From Sumerlaeia bacterium (GTDB taxonomy: Bacteria > Sumerlaeota > Sumerlaeia > SLMS01 > JAHLLQ01), in NCBI GenBank assembly GCA_040219255.1, contig JAVJSW010000083.1:1-43746 (forward strand): a DNA stretch of 43,746 nucleotides, read 5' to 3'. The position numbers and the translations under genes are program-made. The notes under the pieces were generated by a model, which was not told the DNA's origin, searched no databases, and saw only the letters and a list, made by a program, of their open reading frames with translations. This document shows, piece by piece, positions 27,537 to 38,155 of this stretch. Positions within the stretch are counted from its first letter, which is position 1. Every line of letters starts with the position of its first letter.

Positions 27537-28709
27537 ATGAAGTTCACACGCGTCGAGCTAAGAAACTGGAAGAATTTTCCAAAGGCGGATGTGAAGCTCG
27601 CATCGCGCGTCTTTATTATCGGGCCCAACGCGAGCGGAAAATCGAACTTCCTGGAAGCGTTCAAGTTCCTGAGGGACCTCGCTTTGCCCGGCGGAGGGCT
27701 TGCCGAAGCGTGTCGTGTTCGTGGGGGAGTTAAGCGGATCCGCAGTGTGTTCGCCCGCCGCAATCCCGAGGTTCAAATCAAAGTCGAGGTCGCCATGAAG
27801 AACGGAGAGCGTTGGAGTTACGATCTGGCGTTCACCAATCAGCCGAAGACGGAGACACCGGTCATCGTCCATGAGATTGTCAGGAACTTGAGTGCTGAGG
27901 AGCGTGGAGAGATCGAAGGCCCGATCCTGAATCGGCCCTCCGAGGAGGACGGGAACGACCCCGAACAACTGACGCAGACGGCGATCGAACAAACCACCGC
28001 GAACAAGGATTTCCGCGAAGTGGCCGAATTCTTCCGCACGATTCGCTATCTCCACCTCGTCCCCCAGGTCGTTCGCGAGGGTGCGAGCAAGCCGGACTCC
28101 GTCATCAGCGAAGACAGTATGGGGCGCGATCTGCTGGATCGCATGTGGGAAACACCGAAGAAGACGCGCGACGCTCGCTTGAAGCAGCTCCAAGAGGCGC
28201 TGGAAGTCGCCGTGCCCTCCTTTGAATCCCTTGAACTGATCAAGGACGACAGGGGGCGGCCCCATCTCCGGGTCCGATTCGCGCACTGGCGTCCGGCCGG
28301 AGCATTTCAGGACGAGACTCAGTTTTCCGATGGAACTCTTCGCCTCATCGGCTTGCTGTGGTCTTTGATGGAGCGATCGGGGCCGCTGCTGTTGGAGGAG
28401 CCGGAACTCTCCCTCCACTCCGCCTTGCTGACAAAGCTGGGTCCGCTCATTCACCGGGCGCAGAAATCGGCCAAAGGGCGCCAGATCATCCTTTCGACTC
28501 ACAGCGAGCATATGCTGCGGGACGAGGGTATCGGCCCCGAGGAAATCCTCTTCATCGAGGTCAAGGGCGAAGGAAGCACTATTGTGGAAGCGGCCAGCGT
28601 GCCCGACATCGTCGCCATGATGAATACCGCCGGGCTTACGGTGAGCGAGGCGGTGTTGCCGAGGACCAAGGCGCTTCAGGCGGACCTCTTCGACAAGGTG
28701 GGCCTGTAA
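27537..28709 (+). CDS. ABC-type (AAA_21/AAA_15) ATPase, defence-associated type
   Basis: Walker A GPNASGKS, signature FSDGTLR, Walker B/D-loop LLLEEPELSLH and H-loop STHS. No TM partner gene nearby. Confidence 0.9.
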   Translation: MKFTRVELRNWKNFPKADVKLASRVFIIGPNASGKSNFLEAFKFLRDLALPGGGLAEACRVRGGVKRIRSVFARRNPEVQIKVEVAMKNGERWSYDLAFTNQPKTETPVIVHEIVRNLSAEERGEIEGPILNRPSEEDGNDPEQLTQTAIEQTTANKDFREVAEFFRTIRYLHLVPQVVREGASKPDSVISEDSMGRDLLDRMWETPKKTRDARLKQLQEALEVAVPSFESLELIKDDRGRPHLRVRFAHWRPAGAFQDETQFSDGTLRLIGLLWSLMERSGPLLLEEPELSLHSALLTKLGPLIHRAQKSAKGRQIILSTHSEHMLRDEGIGPEEILFIEVKGEGSTIVEAASVPDIVAMMNTAGLTVSEAVLPRTKALQADLFDKVGL

Positions 28710-29335
28710 TGGCGCGGTTCCACCTTGCGCTGGTCGAGGGGCTCCTCGAGGAGCCCATGGCGCGGCGCCTGATGGCCGAGGCTGAGATCGAGACCGATGG
28801 ACTCGGCTTGATCGTAGCCGGCGGCTGCGATCCATTCTGGCAGCGCGCGCCGAATTACAACAAGGCCGCCGAGCACGTCGGCTACGTCTTTGGCCTGAGC
28901 GACTTGGAACAGCATTCATGCCCGTCGGGCTTAATTGCCGAGAAGATGCCTGGTAAGCTCCATCCCCGGTTTGTATTGCGCATCCAGGTTCGTGAACTGG
29001 AAAGCTGGCTCCTGGCCGATCCCGAGGCTTGGGCTGCCTATTTGAAGGTCTCCGCCGGCTTGGTCCCCAAAGACCCGGACACCCTCCCCGATCCCAAGCG
29101 GGCGCTCGTCAACCTGGTTCGGCGATGCAGGAAGAAGAGTCTTCGGGAAGACATCGTCCCCGAAGAAGGAAAACCCCGAGTCGTTGGACCGGGCTACACG
29201 ACCAGGATCGGCGATTTCATCACGGAGCACTGGAACCCCAGTAGAGCGGCACAGCGAAGCCCGAGTCTGAAGCGAGCCCTGCTCGCCCTCGAGCGAGTGG
29301 CCTCGGCCGTGGATTGCGGCGGCGAGAGCGGTTGA
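28709..29335 (+). CDS. DUF4276-like (TOPRIM-related) protein
   Basis: TAATG overlap with the ATPase stop. LVEG..E, SDLE, RELESWLLAD, DPK..L and RSPSL.R. Confidence 0.75.
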   Translation: MARFHLALVEGLLEEPMARRLMAEAEIETDGLGLIVAGGCDPFWQRAPNYNKAAEHVGYVFGLSDLEQHSCPSGLIAEKMPGKLHPRFVLRIQVRELESWLLADPEAWAAYLKVSAGLVPKDPDTLPDPKRALVNLVRRCRKKSLREDIVPEEGKPRVVGPGYTTRIGDFITEHWNPSRAAQRSPSLKRALLALERVASAVDCGGESG

Positions 29336-29437
29336 GCGCGGAACGACGGACAGGCCTCGGCCACGCACCCAATCCGCGTACCTCCGCAGTTTTAAACTCT
29401 TCCCTTTACTCGACTTACGGGCGCCCTTGTTGTTTTT

Positions 29438-29566
29438 GTCTGTTTAGTGTGACAAGTGTATCTTGTCTTTCTTGTTCCCGAAGCTCCACATGAGGGGACA
29501 AACGGCTGGGGCTGTGGGACCCTCTCTCCTGTTCGAACTCGAATCCCAGGAGAACCCCCGCCATGA
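29438..29566 (+). repeat. About 125-bp dispersed element (family B), copy 2
   Basis: 60/66 identical to 17097-17162. Lies between two convergent genes. Confidence 0.88.
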
Positions 29567-29592
29567 CTGCCCTTCCCATCACTGAACGAGTC

Positions 29593-30603
29593 CTACGCGA
29601 CCCGGATCACCACCTTGCCGACGTGCTTCTGGCTCGCGAAGTAATCGTACGCCGCGCGCGTTTCATCGAACCCGAAGACGCGGTCGATCACCGGTTTCAG
29701 GCCGTTGACGCCGATGGCGCGGTTCATGGCGGCGTGCTTTTCCACGCTGCCGACGTAAATGCCCCGCACCGTCTGGGCGTTCAGCAGCACCGGCAGGATC
29801 GAGGGCTGCTGCTCGGGCATGTCCAGCAGCCCGATCAGCGCGATGGTCCCGCCGACGCGGGTCGATTGGATGCTGCGCTCGAAGGTGCCCGGCCCCCCGA
29901 CTTCGACCACGATATCGACGCCTTCGCCGCCGGTGATCTGGCGCACGGCCTCGTGCCATTCGGAGTTCGCGCGATAGTTCACCGTGTGGTCCGCGCCCAG
30001 GTCCCGCGCCTGCGCCAGCTTGTCGTCGCTGCTACTGGTGACGATCGCCTCGGCGCCGAACATCTTGGCGAACTGGAGCCCGAACACGCTGACGCCCCCC
30101 GTGCCCAGCAACAGCACACGGTCGCCGGCCTTGATGCCGCTCGCCGTCAACGCGTTCCACGCCGTCAACGCCGCGCAGGGCAGTGTCGCCGCTTCCTCGA
30201 AACTCAGGTGCGCTGGGATGCGGACCCAGCTCTGCGCCGGCAGGGCCACGTACTCCGCCAGAACGCCGTCGATGCTGCCGCCGAGGCCGGTGTGCAGGGC
30301 GGCTTCGGAAATCGGCCCGGTGATCCAGTCGCGCAGAAAATTCGCCGCCACCCGGTCGCCGGGCTGAAAGGCCGTGACGCCCTCGCCGACGGCGGCCACT
30401 TCGCCGGCCATGTCGGACAGCGCGATCACCGGCAGTGTCTGGTTGCGCGGATAGCCTCCGTTGGGAATGATCGTGTCGCGGTAATTGAGCGATGTCGCCC
30501 GTACCCGCACCAGCACCTCGCCGGCCTTGGGCTCGGGCGTGGGGATGTCGATCAACTTGATGCCGTCGAAACCGGCGTGCGATGTGACCTGATATGCTTT
30601 CAT
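29593..30603 (-). CDS. NAD(P)-dependent medium-chain dehydrogenase/reductase (zinc-independent, quinone oxidoreductase-like)
   Basis: SLNYRD, SD.AGEV, AATLPCAALTAW, LGTGGVS and GKVVI. Confidence 0.92.
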   Translation of the reverse strand: MKAYQVTSHAGFDGIKLIDIPTPEPKAGEVLVRVRATSLNYRDTIIPNGGYPRNQTLPVIALSDMAGEVAAVGEGVTAFQPGDRVAANFLRDWITGPISEAALHTGLGGSIDGVLAEYVALPAQSWVRIPAHLSFEEAATLPCAALTAWNALTASGIKAGDRVLLLGTGGVSVFGLQFAKMFGAEAIVTSSSDDKLAQARDLGADHTVNYRANSEWHEAVRQITGGEGVDIVVEVGGPGTFERSIQSTRVGGTIALIGLLDMPEQQPSILPVLLNAQTVRGIYVGSVEKHAAMNRAIGVNGLKPVIDRVFGFDETRAAYDYFASQKHVGKVVIRVA

Positions 30604-30639
30604 CGAAATGATCCTTTGCGGAAGAGGTGGAATGAGACA

Positions 30640-30657
30640 GTTCGACAGTTATCGAAC
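30640..30657. promoter_or_regulatory. Candidate ArsR-family operator GTTCGA-N6-TCGAAC
   Basis: Perfect 6-bp inverted repeat in the 117-bp gap between the divergent MDR and ArsR genes. Confidence 0.6.
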
Positions 30658-30720
30658 AGTGTGCCAATCCGAGCGACAGCCTTCAAATTCCTTCTCCGTC
30701 CCCCCGAAAGGAGCCCGCCC

Positions 30721-31026
30721 GTGCGCCAGCTCAAGCACCCCGACATCGACGACGTTCCTCTGACGGCGGTTCTTCACGCGCTGAGCGACCCGGTGCGTCT
30801 GGCCATCGTGCGCATGGCGGCGCGCCAACCTGACCAGCCCTGCTCGGCGTTTCTCAGCCAGATTCCGAAGAGCACCCTTTCGCACCACTGGCGGGTCCTG
30901 CGTGACGCCGGTCTGATCCGCCAGGTCAGCGCCGGGCGGGAAAAGCTCAACACGCTGCGCAAAGACGAACTCGACGCCCGATTCCCCGGGTTGCTGGATG
31001 CGGTCCTGGCCTCCGCAGAGCATTAA
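30721..31026 (+). CDS. ArsR/SmtB-family transcriptional regulator
   Basis: GTG start after an AAGGAG RBS. HP....L..VLHALSDPVRLAIV, PKSTLSHHWRVLRDAGLI and RFPGLLDAVL. Confidence 0.9.
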   Translation: MRQLKHPDIDDVPLTAVLHALSDPVRLAIVRMAARQPDQPCSAFLSQIPKSTLSHHWRVLRDAGLIRQVSAGREKLNTLRKDELDARFPGLLDAVLASAEH

Positions 31027-31125
31027 CAGTAATTCATTTGACCTGCCAAGACTCTTAGTGCAGTTCTCGACAAAATTATCGGACTTAAGTCAGTCTATCT
31101 TCCTTTCGCAAAGGACGTCTTGCCC

Positions 31126-32961
31126 ATGACTTCTCGTCACCCCCTCCCCATTTTTGTGGCTCTCGCCCTGGGCTGCGCTGTTTCCGCGGCCGCCCAGATC
31201 GGCACCGAATTCACCTACCAAGGCTACCTCGAAGACGGCGGCACGCCCGTCGAAACCGCCGTGGACCTGCGCTTCACGCTCAAGGACGCCACCGACGCCA
31301 CCATCGGTTCGCCGATCACGGTCAATAACGAAACCTACCCCGGCGGCCTCGTGAACGAAGACCTCGATTTCGGCGATGTCTTCCATGGCGACCCCCGCTT
31401 CCTCCAGGTCGAAGTCGCCGATCCCTCCGGCGGCCCCTTCGTCGCCCTCACCCCCGACACGGAAGTCCAACCCGTTCCCTATGCCATGTACGCGACCGAG
31501 GCCGGGATGCTGACCTCCGAAGGTACCGTAATCACCGACCTGCCCACGACCATCACCGTCCCCGGCGCCTACTTTATCACCCAGGACCTGACCGGCCAGT
31601 CGGGCTTCGACGGCATCGTCATCGACACAGACAATGTGACGCTCAATCTGAATGGCTACACCCTTGTCGGCGTCGCGGGCTCCGACGATGGGATCAATAT
31701 TCTGACCGGATACACCTCCATCCGGATTTTCAATGGCACATTGACGAGTTGGGGCGATGATGGCGTCGACGCCGATGGCACGGCGGGTGGTATTATCCTT
31801 GTCGATATCCACAGTTTCAGCAACGGCGACTGCGGGTTCGACGGCAGCACGGAAATGACGCTGATTCGCTGCCAGGCCATCGACAACAGCGGCGACGGGT
31901 TCTTCAGCTTCGTCGACTCTCAATTTGTCGATTGTATTGCCGATTCCAATGGCGACGATGGATTCGACGATGTCGGCTCTTCGTCTCTCGAACGCTGTAT
32001 TGCCACTGACAACGATGAAGACGGTTTTGTCGATGTTCGCGACAGTTCTCTGCGCGGTTGCGTCGCCGACGGCAATACCTTCAGCGGCTTCTACGACTTC
32101 GAGGCCTGCACCCTCGAAAACTGCACCGCAAGCTTCAATGACGAAAACGGATTCGACAACTTTGTAGACTGCGCGATCCGAGGATGTGTTTCTACCTCCA
32201 ATTTTGTGTGGGGATATCTCGCTATTACTCACAGCATTCTTGAGTCGGTCACCGCCGGCAACAACGGCTCGGGCGGATTTAGCGTGACCACTTGCACCAT
32301 CAACGCATGCACTGCCACATTCAACGGCGGCCCCGGATTTTCAGGCTTGGCCATGACCCTCAACAACTGCTCTGCACTCGACAATGGCTCCGACGGGCTC
32401 ATCTCCCTCTATTCCGTCATCACCAACTTCAGCAGCTCCAACAATGAAGGTGCAGGACTCAATGTTATTTCCTCGAAAATCCACAATAGCATAGCCACCG
32501 GGAATGTCGGATTCGGTTACCAGCTCACCGGATCCTCCGCCTTCGAATGCCTCGCAGCGGATAACGATTTCGGCGGCTTTAGCCTATCGAATTCTGAAGC
32601 CAATCAATGCAAATCTTCTAGTAATGGGCGCATCCAAACGGACTTCAACGAAGCCTTCGAAGACCATGGTTTTCTACTGCAAAACGGCGCCATCGTCCGC
32701 AACTGCACCGCGCTGGACCACGATCATGGCTCCGGATTCGTCGACAACGGCGGCAGCCCCCTGATCGAAGGATGCTTCGCCTACAACAACAGCGGGAGTG
32801 GCTTCTCCGCCGATTCCGGCGCCATCGTCATCGGCAACCGTGCCCGCGACAACGGCACCGATTTCCTTATCTCCCTCGGAGCCACCTTAGGCGAAATCCT
32901 CGACTTCTCCACCGGTGGCATCATCACCTCGGGCAATCCGCACGCCAATATCCGCTACTGA
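31126..32961 (+). CDS. Secreted right-handed parallel beta-helix repeat protein
   Basis: Signal peptide, N-terminal FTYQG.L domain, TIT.PG.Y.....L cap, at least 13 tandem 20-21-aa C.A..N...GF repeats, and C-terminal NPHANIRY. Confidence 0.85.
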   Translation: MTSRHPLPIFVALALGCAVSAAAQIGTEFTYQGYLEDGGTPVETAVDLRFTLKDATDATIGSPITVNNETYPGGLVNEDLDFGDVFHGDPRFLQVEVADPSGGPFVALTPDTEVQPVPYAMYATEAGMLTSEGTVITDLPTTITVPGAYFITQDLTGQSGFDGIVIDTDNVTLNLNGYTLVGVAGSDDGINILTGYTSIRIFNGTLTSWGDDGVDADGTAGGIILVDIHSFSNGDCGFDGSTEMTLIRCQAIDNSGDGFFSFVDSQFVDCIADSNGDDGFDDVGSSSLERCIATDNDEDGFVDVRDSSLRGCVADGNTFSGFYDFEACTLENCTASFNDENGFDNFVDCAIRGCVSTSNFVWGYLAITHSILESVTAGNNGSGGFSVTTCTINACTATFNGGPGFSGLAMTLNNCSALDNGSDGLISLYSVITNFSSSNNEGAGLNVISSKIHNSIATGNVGFGYQLTGSSAFECLAADNDFGGFSLSNSEANQCKSSSNGRIQTDFNEAFEDHGFLLQNGAIVRNCTALDHDHGSGFVDNGGSPLIEGCFAYNNSGSGFSADSGAIVIGNRARDNGTDFLISLGATLGEILDFSTGGIITSGNPHANIRY

Positions 32962-33076
32962 TCCGGTCGGGAGGTGCATCGCCAAGGGACGACGGCAACC
33001 CGGATACGGATTCTCTTTGACCTATCGCTCGGCGCTTTGAGACAGTGGGGACATTCGACATCCGGAGAGTGAACCC

Positions 33077-34237
33077 ATGGCCCGTCTTCCTGTCCTCCTC
33101 CTGTTCGTGTGCCTGCTCTTGGCCAGTGGCTGCGGCACCCGTTACACCCCGCTCGATGTGGACGCCTCCCTTCGCCACGCGGAGTCCGTGGCCGATTATC
33201 ATCTGGAAGAAGGCAACGATTACGAGGCGGCCATGGTGGCCGACATGATCATGGGCATCGATCCGGATTCGTTCCTCGCGCAGGACATTTCCGACGACCT
33301 GCGGGATGTGGCCCGTCAACGCAACGCGCTCGGCTACAACAAGGGCATCCGTCCCGATTTCGCGCGGCCCTGGTGGGCGCACGTGCTGCTCTACCTGCCG
33401 GACCGGTTCCTGGATGGCGTCGATCTTGTCACCTTCGACCTCCACTTTGGGTTTGGCGCTTACGTGGACGCGCACGTCACCCACATGCTGCAGGCGATGC
33501 TCGGCGCCCGGGCCATTTCGGGCATCGGCTTGCATCAGGGCCGGTCCCTCGGCGTCGAGACCGCGGCCGAGTCGGGCATCGGGATTCTGCCCTTTGGCGC
33601 CCACACCATGGTCGGCTCGCGCGCCGGCACGTCGGGCGTCGCCACCGGGCAATACGGCGTTGCCGGCTTCATCAGTCCCTATGCGGAACGCTTTCAGTAT
33701 TACGAGGATTACTACGCCATCGGCGCGTCCGTCACGGCGGGCATTCTCGGCGTCAGCGTCGACGTCCACCCGGTGCAACTCGGCGATTTCCTGCTCGGGA
33801 TTTTCACGTTCGACTTTTTGAACGACGACCTGGCCCGCACGAGGGGCACGCGCTTCAGCTCGCTGGAGAAACGGTTGCTGCTCGACCTGACCCGCATGTC
33901 ACGCTCGCGCAAAAGCATCAGCAAGTACCGCGAGTGGAAAGTCACGAACACTTCGCGCAGCGCGCGCAAAGCCTTCCAGGACCGCCCCATGCCGGGCTAT
34001 GGGGGCCAACCGGCCTACGATCCCTATCGCGACCGACAATACGACAATCGCTATGGCGGCCCCGATTACGGGGGCCAAGGCTACAACAGTGGTGGGTACG
34101 GCCAGCAGGGCTACGAAGGATACGCGCCTGGGGGGAATTACCAGGGTGGGTCCTATGGCTACGAATCGGCGCCGCCTCCCGCCCAAGTCGATCCGAATAC
34201 CGGACGGCGAGGCGCCTACCAGCCGGAAAGTTATTAA
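33077..34237 (+). CDS. Lipoprotein with a Gly/Tyr/Gln-rich low-complexity C-terminal tail
   Basis: Lipobox LLASGC. Gly-rich amphipathic beta segments and a tail GYGGQ...GGSYGY. Confidence 0.75.
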   Translation: MARLPVLLLFVCLLLASGCGTRYTPLDVDASLRHAESVADYHLEEGNDYEAAMVADMIMGIDPDSFLAQDISDDLRDVARQRNALGYNKGIRPDFARPWWAHVLLYLPDRFLDGVDLVTFDLHFGFGAYVDAHVTHMLQAMLGARAISGIGLHQGRSLGVETAAESGIGILPFGAHTMVGSRAGTSGVATGQYGVAGFISPYAERFQYYEDYYAIGASVTAGILGVSVDVHPVQLGDFLLGIFTFDFLNDDLARTRGTRFSSLEKRLLLDLTRMSRSRKSISKYREWKVTNTSRSARKAFQDRPMPGYGGQPAYDPYRDRQYDNRYGGPDYGGQGYNSGGYGQQGYEGYAPGGNYQGGSYGYESAPPPAQVDPNTGRRGAYQPESY

Positions 34238-34291
34238 GGCGACGGATCGGGAAGTTCGGGCTACGCTCCGGCGGACCCGGCCTACTGAAGC

Positions 34292-35800
34292 CTAAACCGC
34301 CCCAGCGCCGGCGAGAACGCCGCTCTTCTCGTTGAATTCCGTGATGAGGCGGTCCAGCTCGGTGCGCTGGCGGGGGATGCCGGTCCAGTAATCGGCATCG
34401 TACCACTGCGCGTTCAGCTCCTCCGCCGTCTTGCCCTGCTGCTCGATCCAGGTGTAATACTTCAGGTTATGGACGCGCTTGCGTTCCGGGTAGGTCAGTT
34501 CCAGGCAGCCGCTCGTGTTCTCGCCCATCAGGTATCGGGCATAGGTCGCGGCCGCGGCGGCGTGGTCGAAGGCGCCGCGCTTGGCCGTTTCTTCCTCGAG
34601 GCGCGAGCCATAGAGGGCCATCGAGTCTGTGAACACCGTGGCCACGACGTCGTTTTCGCCGAGTTCGTACCACTTGGCGAGCTTGATGGCGCCGAGCATG
34701 TTGGCGATGCAGGACAGGGCGATTTCGTCGAGGCGCTCGACGATCTCCGGGTCGGCGCCGCACTTGTCCACCAGGTAGGCGCGGCCTTCCGGTTCGTTGA
34801 ACAGGCGCATGATCTGCACGGTCGCTTCGTCGTCGATGGCGGTTACGAAGTCGGTGTTCCGGACGTTGTGGATCCAGGGCACGTGCTTGTCGCCGATGCC
34901 CTCGATGCGGTGGCCGCCAAAGCCATTGAGGAGCAGCGTGGGGCATTGAATGGCCTCGCCCGCCGCGATCTTCAGGGTGGGTTCGAGGCCCTTCAGGTAA
35001 TCGCCCGCCGCCAGGGCGCCGCCGCTGCCGGTGCAGGCCACATAGGCCGCCAGCCGGTCGCCGGGCCGGGCGAGAGCGTTGAAGGCTTCCTCGAGGGCGC
35101 GGCCCGTGACCTCGTGATGCCAGAGGTAATTGCCGAATTCCTTGAACTGATTGAAGATCTGGATGTCGTCGCCGCGGGTCGCTTCCAACTCGTGGCATTT
35201 GTCGTAGATTTCCTTCACGTTGCTTTCGCAGCCGGGGGTGGCGATGACCTCGCCGGCGATGTTGCGGAGCCATTCGAAGCGCTCGCGGCTCATTTCCTCC
35301 GGCAGGATGCCGATGGCGTCGCAGGCCAGGAGGGCGCTGACGAACGCCCCGCCGCGGCAGAAATTGCCTGTGCTGGGCCAGACGGCCTTTTGCTTCGCGG
35401 GGTCGAACTCGCCCGTCACCAATCGCGGCGCCAGACACCCGTAGGCGCTGCCGACCTTGTGGGCGCCGGTGGGGAACCACTTGCCGACGAGACCGAAGAT
35501 GCGGGCTTTGACGCCGGTGATTTCGCGCGGAATCTCGATGAAGTTCACGGGGCCAAACCCGCCCCCGTGCTCCTTCATTTCATTGTGCCAGGTAATCCGG
35601 AACAGGTTCACCGGATCGATGTCCCACAGGCCCACCTGGGCCAGCCGCTGCGTGATGCTTTCGGGCACCGTGCCGCGCGGATCCATCATCTGCTCGAAGG
35701 TCGGCAGGACGATCTGGCGCCGGGCCGCGTGCTCCGAATTGGCACCGGACCGGGCGGGGTCCTTCGGCAGCGGTAGGGGTTCGTAACGGCGGGAAGACAT
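34292..35800 (-). CDS. PLP-dependent fold-type II enzyme (cysteine-synthase-like, PALP family)
   Basis: FPTGAHKVG (PLP lysine), PSTGNF, TGSGG and HRIEGIGDK. ATG at 35800. Confidence 0.85.
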   Translation of the reverse strand: MSSRRYEPLPLPKDPARSGANSEHAARRQIVLPTFEQMMDPRGTVPESITQRLAQVGLWDIDPVNLFRITWHNEMKEHGGGFGPVNFIEIPREITGVKARIFGLVGKWFPTGAHKVGSAYGCLAPRLVTGEFDPAKQKAVWPSTGNFCRGGAFVSALLACDAIGILPEEMSRERFEWLRNIAGEVIATPGCESNVKEIYDKCHELEATRGDDIQIFNQFKEFGNYLWHHEVTGRALEEAFNALARPGDRLAAYVACTGSGGALAAGDYLKGLEPTLKIAAGEAIQCPTLLLNGFGGHRIEGIGDKHVPWIHNVRNTDFVTAIDDEATVQIMRLFNEPEGRAYLVDKCGADPEIVERLDEIALSCIANMLGAIKLAKWYELGENDVVATVFTDSMALYGSRLEEETAKRGAFDHAAAAATYARYLMGENTSGCLELTYPERKRVHNLKYYTWIEQQGKTAEELNAQWYDADYWTGIPRQRTELDRLITEFNEKSGVLAGAGAV

Positions 35801-35901
35801 GTGGGGAGGCTGCTCCTTAGGCAATTCGTGAATCAACCAGGGAGTAGAGCGAGCCGCGATGGGATTGTCAACGGGCGTGTCGATGGAAGGGCGCTCCAAA
35901 G

Positions 35902-35976
35902 AAAAACCCCCGCTCTCTCCGGCGCCAGCGGCCGAGGGAGGGGGAGGCCGGGCGCGGGAAGTGGAGAGAGCGGGGG
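35902..35976 (-). terminator. Probable intrinsic terminator after hppA (long stem, large loop)
   Basis: 14-bp perfect inverted repeat cccccgctctctcc / ggagagagcggggg, followed by T5 on the minus strand. Confidence 0.5.
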
Positions 35977-36031
35977 AGCAGGCACCGGTCCCGGTCGCTC
36001 GGCGGGGCCGGTGGGAAGGCCTGCTAAGCCT

Positions 36032-38155
36032 TTAGCCGAGGCGGGCGAACAGGGGCGCCAGCACCAGCGAGACCACCGCCATCAGTTTGATGAGGATGTT
36101 GATGCTGGGGCCGACGGTGTCCTTGAGGGGGTCGCCGACGGTGTCGCCGATGACGCCGGCTTTGTGGGCGTCCGAGCCCTTGCCGTGGACGACGCCGTCG
36201 CTGTCGACGACCTTGCCTTCCTCGATGTACTTCTTGGCGTTGTCCATGGCGCCGCCGCTGTTGGCGCACATGATGCCGAGCATGAGGCCGCTGCTGAGGG
36301 ATCCGATCAGCAGGCCGGCGAGGGCCGCGGAGCCGAAGACGACGCCGACGACCACGGGGACGACGAGGGCGAGGCTGCCGGGCACCAACATGCCGCGGAT
36401 GGCGCCGTCGGTCGAGATGGCGACGCATTTGGCGTAGTCGGGTTTGGTCTCGCCGGTCATGATGCCGGGCATTTCTTTGAATTGGCGGCGGACCTCGGCG
36501 ATCATGGCGAAGGCCGCGCGGCGGACCGCGCCGAAGAGGAGGGAGCTGAAGAAGAAGGGGATCATGGCGCCGAGCAGGAGACCGAAGATGACGGTGGGGC
36601 GGGCGAGGCTGAGGTCGGCGACCTTCACGTTGGCGCTCAACATGAAGGCCACCAGCAGGCCGAGGGCCGCGAAGGCGGCCGAGCCGATGGCGAAGCCTTT
36701 GCCGATGGCGGCGGTGGTGTTGCCGACGCTGTCGAGGTTGTCGGTGATTTTGCGCACGCCGGGGTCGAGGCCGGCCATTTCGGCGCAGCCGCCAGCGTTA
36801 TCGGCGATGGGGCCATAGGCATCCACCGCCACGATCATTCCGGTGGTGGCGAGCATGCCGATGGCGGCCAGCGCGATGCCGTAGAAATGGGCGGCCCAGT
36901 AGGCGACCAGCAGCGCGAGGCCGAGGGTGATGACGGGCAGGGCGCAGCTCTTCATGCCGATGGCCAAGCCGTCGGTGACGGTGATGGCGGGGCCCATGCG
37001 GCAGCCGTCGGCCATGTGGCGGGTGGGCTGGAATTTGGAGGAGGTGTAGTATTCCGAGAAGAAGCCGACGGCTCCGCCGGCGACGATGCCGGCCACGGTG
37101 GACCAGAAGATGCCGAGCCAGGTGAAGGTCTTGCCGTTGATGAGGAATTCCTTGGGCGCGATCGTCGCGCACAGGATCAAGGTGCCGGCGATGGTCAGGC
37201 CGGCGGCGACGTAGGTGCCGTTCATCAGGGAGGCTTGGGGGTCCTGGCTCTTGGAGAGGCGGACACTGAGGATGCCGAGGATGGAGGCCACGATGCCCAC
37301 GGAGGCGATCATCAGCGGCAGGAGTTGCAGTTGGACGATGGTTTCGGCGGAGACGCCGGTTTCGGCGGCGCCTGAGAGGAAGCTGCCGAGGGTTCCCATG
37401 GCCGCGGCCAGGGCCATGGCGGCAATGATGCTTTCGACGTAGGATTCCATGAGATCGGCCCCCAGGCCGGCCACATCGCCCACGTTATCCCCCACGTTGT
37501 CGGCGATGGTGGCCGGGTTCCGGGGATCGTCTTCGGGAATGCCGGCTTCCACTTTCCCCACCAGGTCGGCGCCCATATCGGCGCCCTTGGTGAAGATGCC
37601 GCCGCCGCTGCGCGCGAAGAGCGCGACGAGCGAGGCGCCGAGGGCATACCCGTTGATTTGGGCCATTTGATCCAGACCCAAAATCCAGATGGTGATGACC
37701 AGGCCCAGCAAGGCGATGCCGACCACGCTCATCCCCATGACGGCCCCGCCGGAGATCGCCACGCGGAGCGCCCCGTGCAGGCCCTTCTTGGGGTCCTTTT
37801 CGTCTTCCACGCCGATGCGGGCGGCCTCCGCCGTGCGGCTGTTGGCCCGCGTGGCGATCTGCATGCCGATCACTCCGGCGAGGGCCGAAGCCCCCGCGCC
37901 CAGGAGGAAGGCGACACCGGTCATGACGCCGAGCATGGGCACGACGCTGAGGGCGATGAAGATGAGAACGACGAAGCCGCCGACATAGGCGAATTCGCGC
38001 TTCAGGAAAGCGGAGGCTCCGAGTTGAACGGCGTCGCTGATTTCCTTCATCTTGTCGTTGCCACGCGGCTTCGATATCACATCCCGAACCAAATACCCCA
38101 CGAATGCCATCGCTAGGATCGCGGCCAGTGCTGGCCAAACCAATTCCGCGTTCAT
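36032..38155 (-). CDS. hppA: Membrane-bound ion-translocating pyrophosphatase, K+-dependent type (probably Na+-pumping)
   Basis: [45 protein letters not shown] (Ala indicates K+-dependence) and [10 protein letters not shown]. Confidence 0.96.
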   Translation of the reverse strand: MNAELVWPALAAILAMAFVGYLVRDVISKPRGNDKMKEISDAVQLGASAFLKREFAYVGGFVVLIFIALSVVPMLGVMTGVAFLLGAGASALAGVIGMQIATRANSRTAEAARIGVEDEKDPKKGLHGALRVAISGGAVMGMSVVGIALLGLVITIWILGLDQMAQINGYALGASLVALFARSGGGIFTKGADMGADLVGKVEAGIPEDDPRNPATIADNVGDNVGDVAGLGADLMESYVESIIAAMALAAAMGTLGSFLSGAAETGVSAETIVQLQLLPLMIASVGIVASILGILSVRLSKSQDPQASLMNGTYVAAGLTIAGTLILCATIAPKEFLINGKTFTWLGIFWSTVAGIVAGGAVGFFSEYYTSSKFQPTRHMADGCRMGPAITVTDGLAIGMKSCALPVITLGLALLVAYWAAHFYGIALAAIGMLATTGMIVAVDAYGPIADNAGGCAEMAGLDPGVRKITDNLDSVGNTTAAIGKGFAIGSAAFAALGLLVAFMLSANVKVADLSLARPTVIFGLLLGAMIPFFFSSLLFGAVRRAAFAMIAEVRRQFKEMPGIMTGETKPDYAKCVAISTDGAIRGMLVPGSLALVVPVVVGVVFGSAALAGLLIGSLSSGLMLGIMCANSGGAMDNAKKYIEEGKVVDSDGVVHGKGSDAHKAGVIGDTVGDPLKDTVGPSINILIKLMAVVSLVLAPLFARLG

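Noticed and set aside
29563-30720. Apparent 487-aa fusion ending in an ArsR domain
   Set aside because: The first 386 codons are mostly the antisense frame of the MDR gene. ArsR has its own RBS and GTG at 30721.
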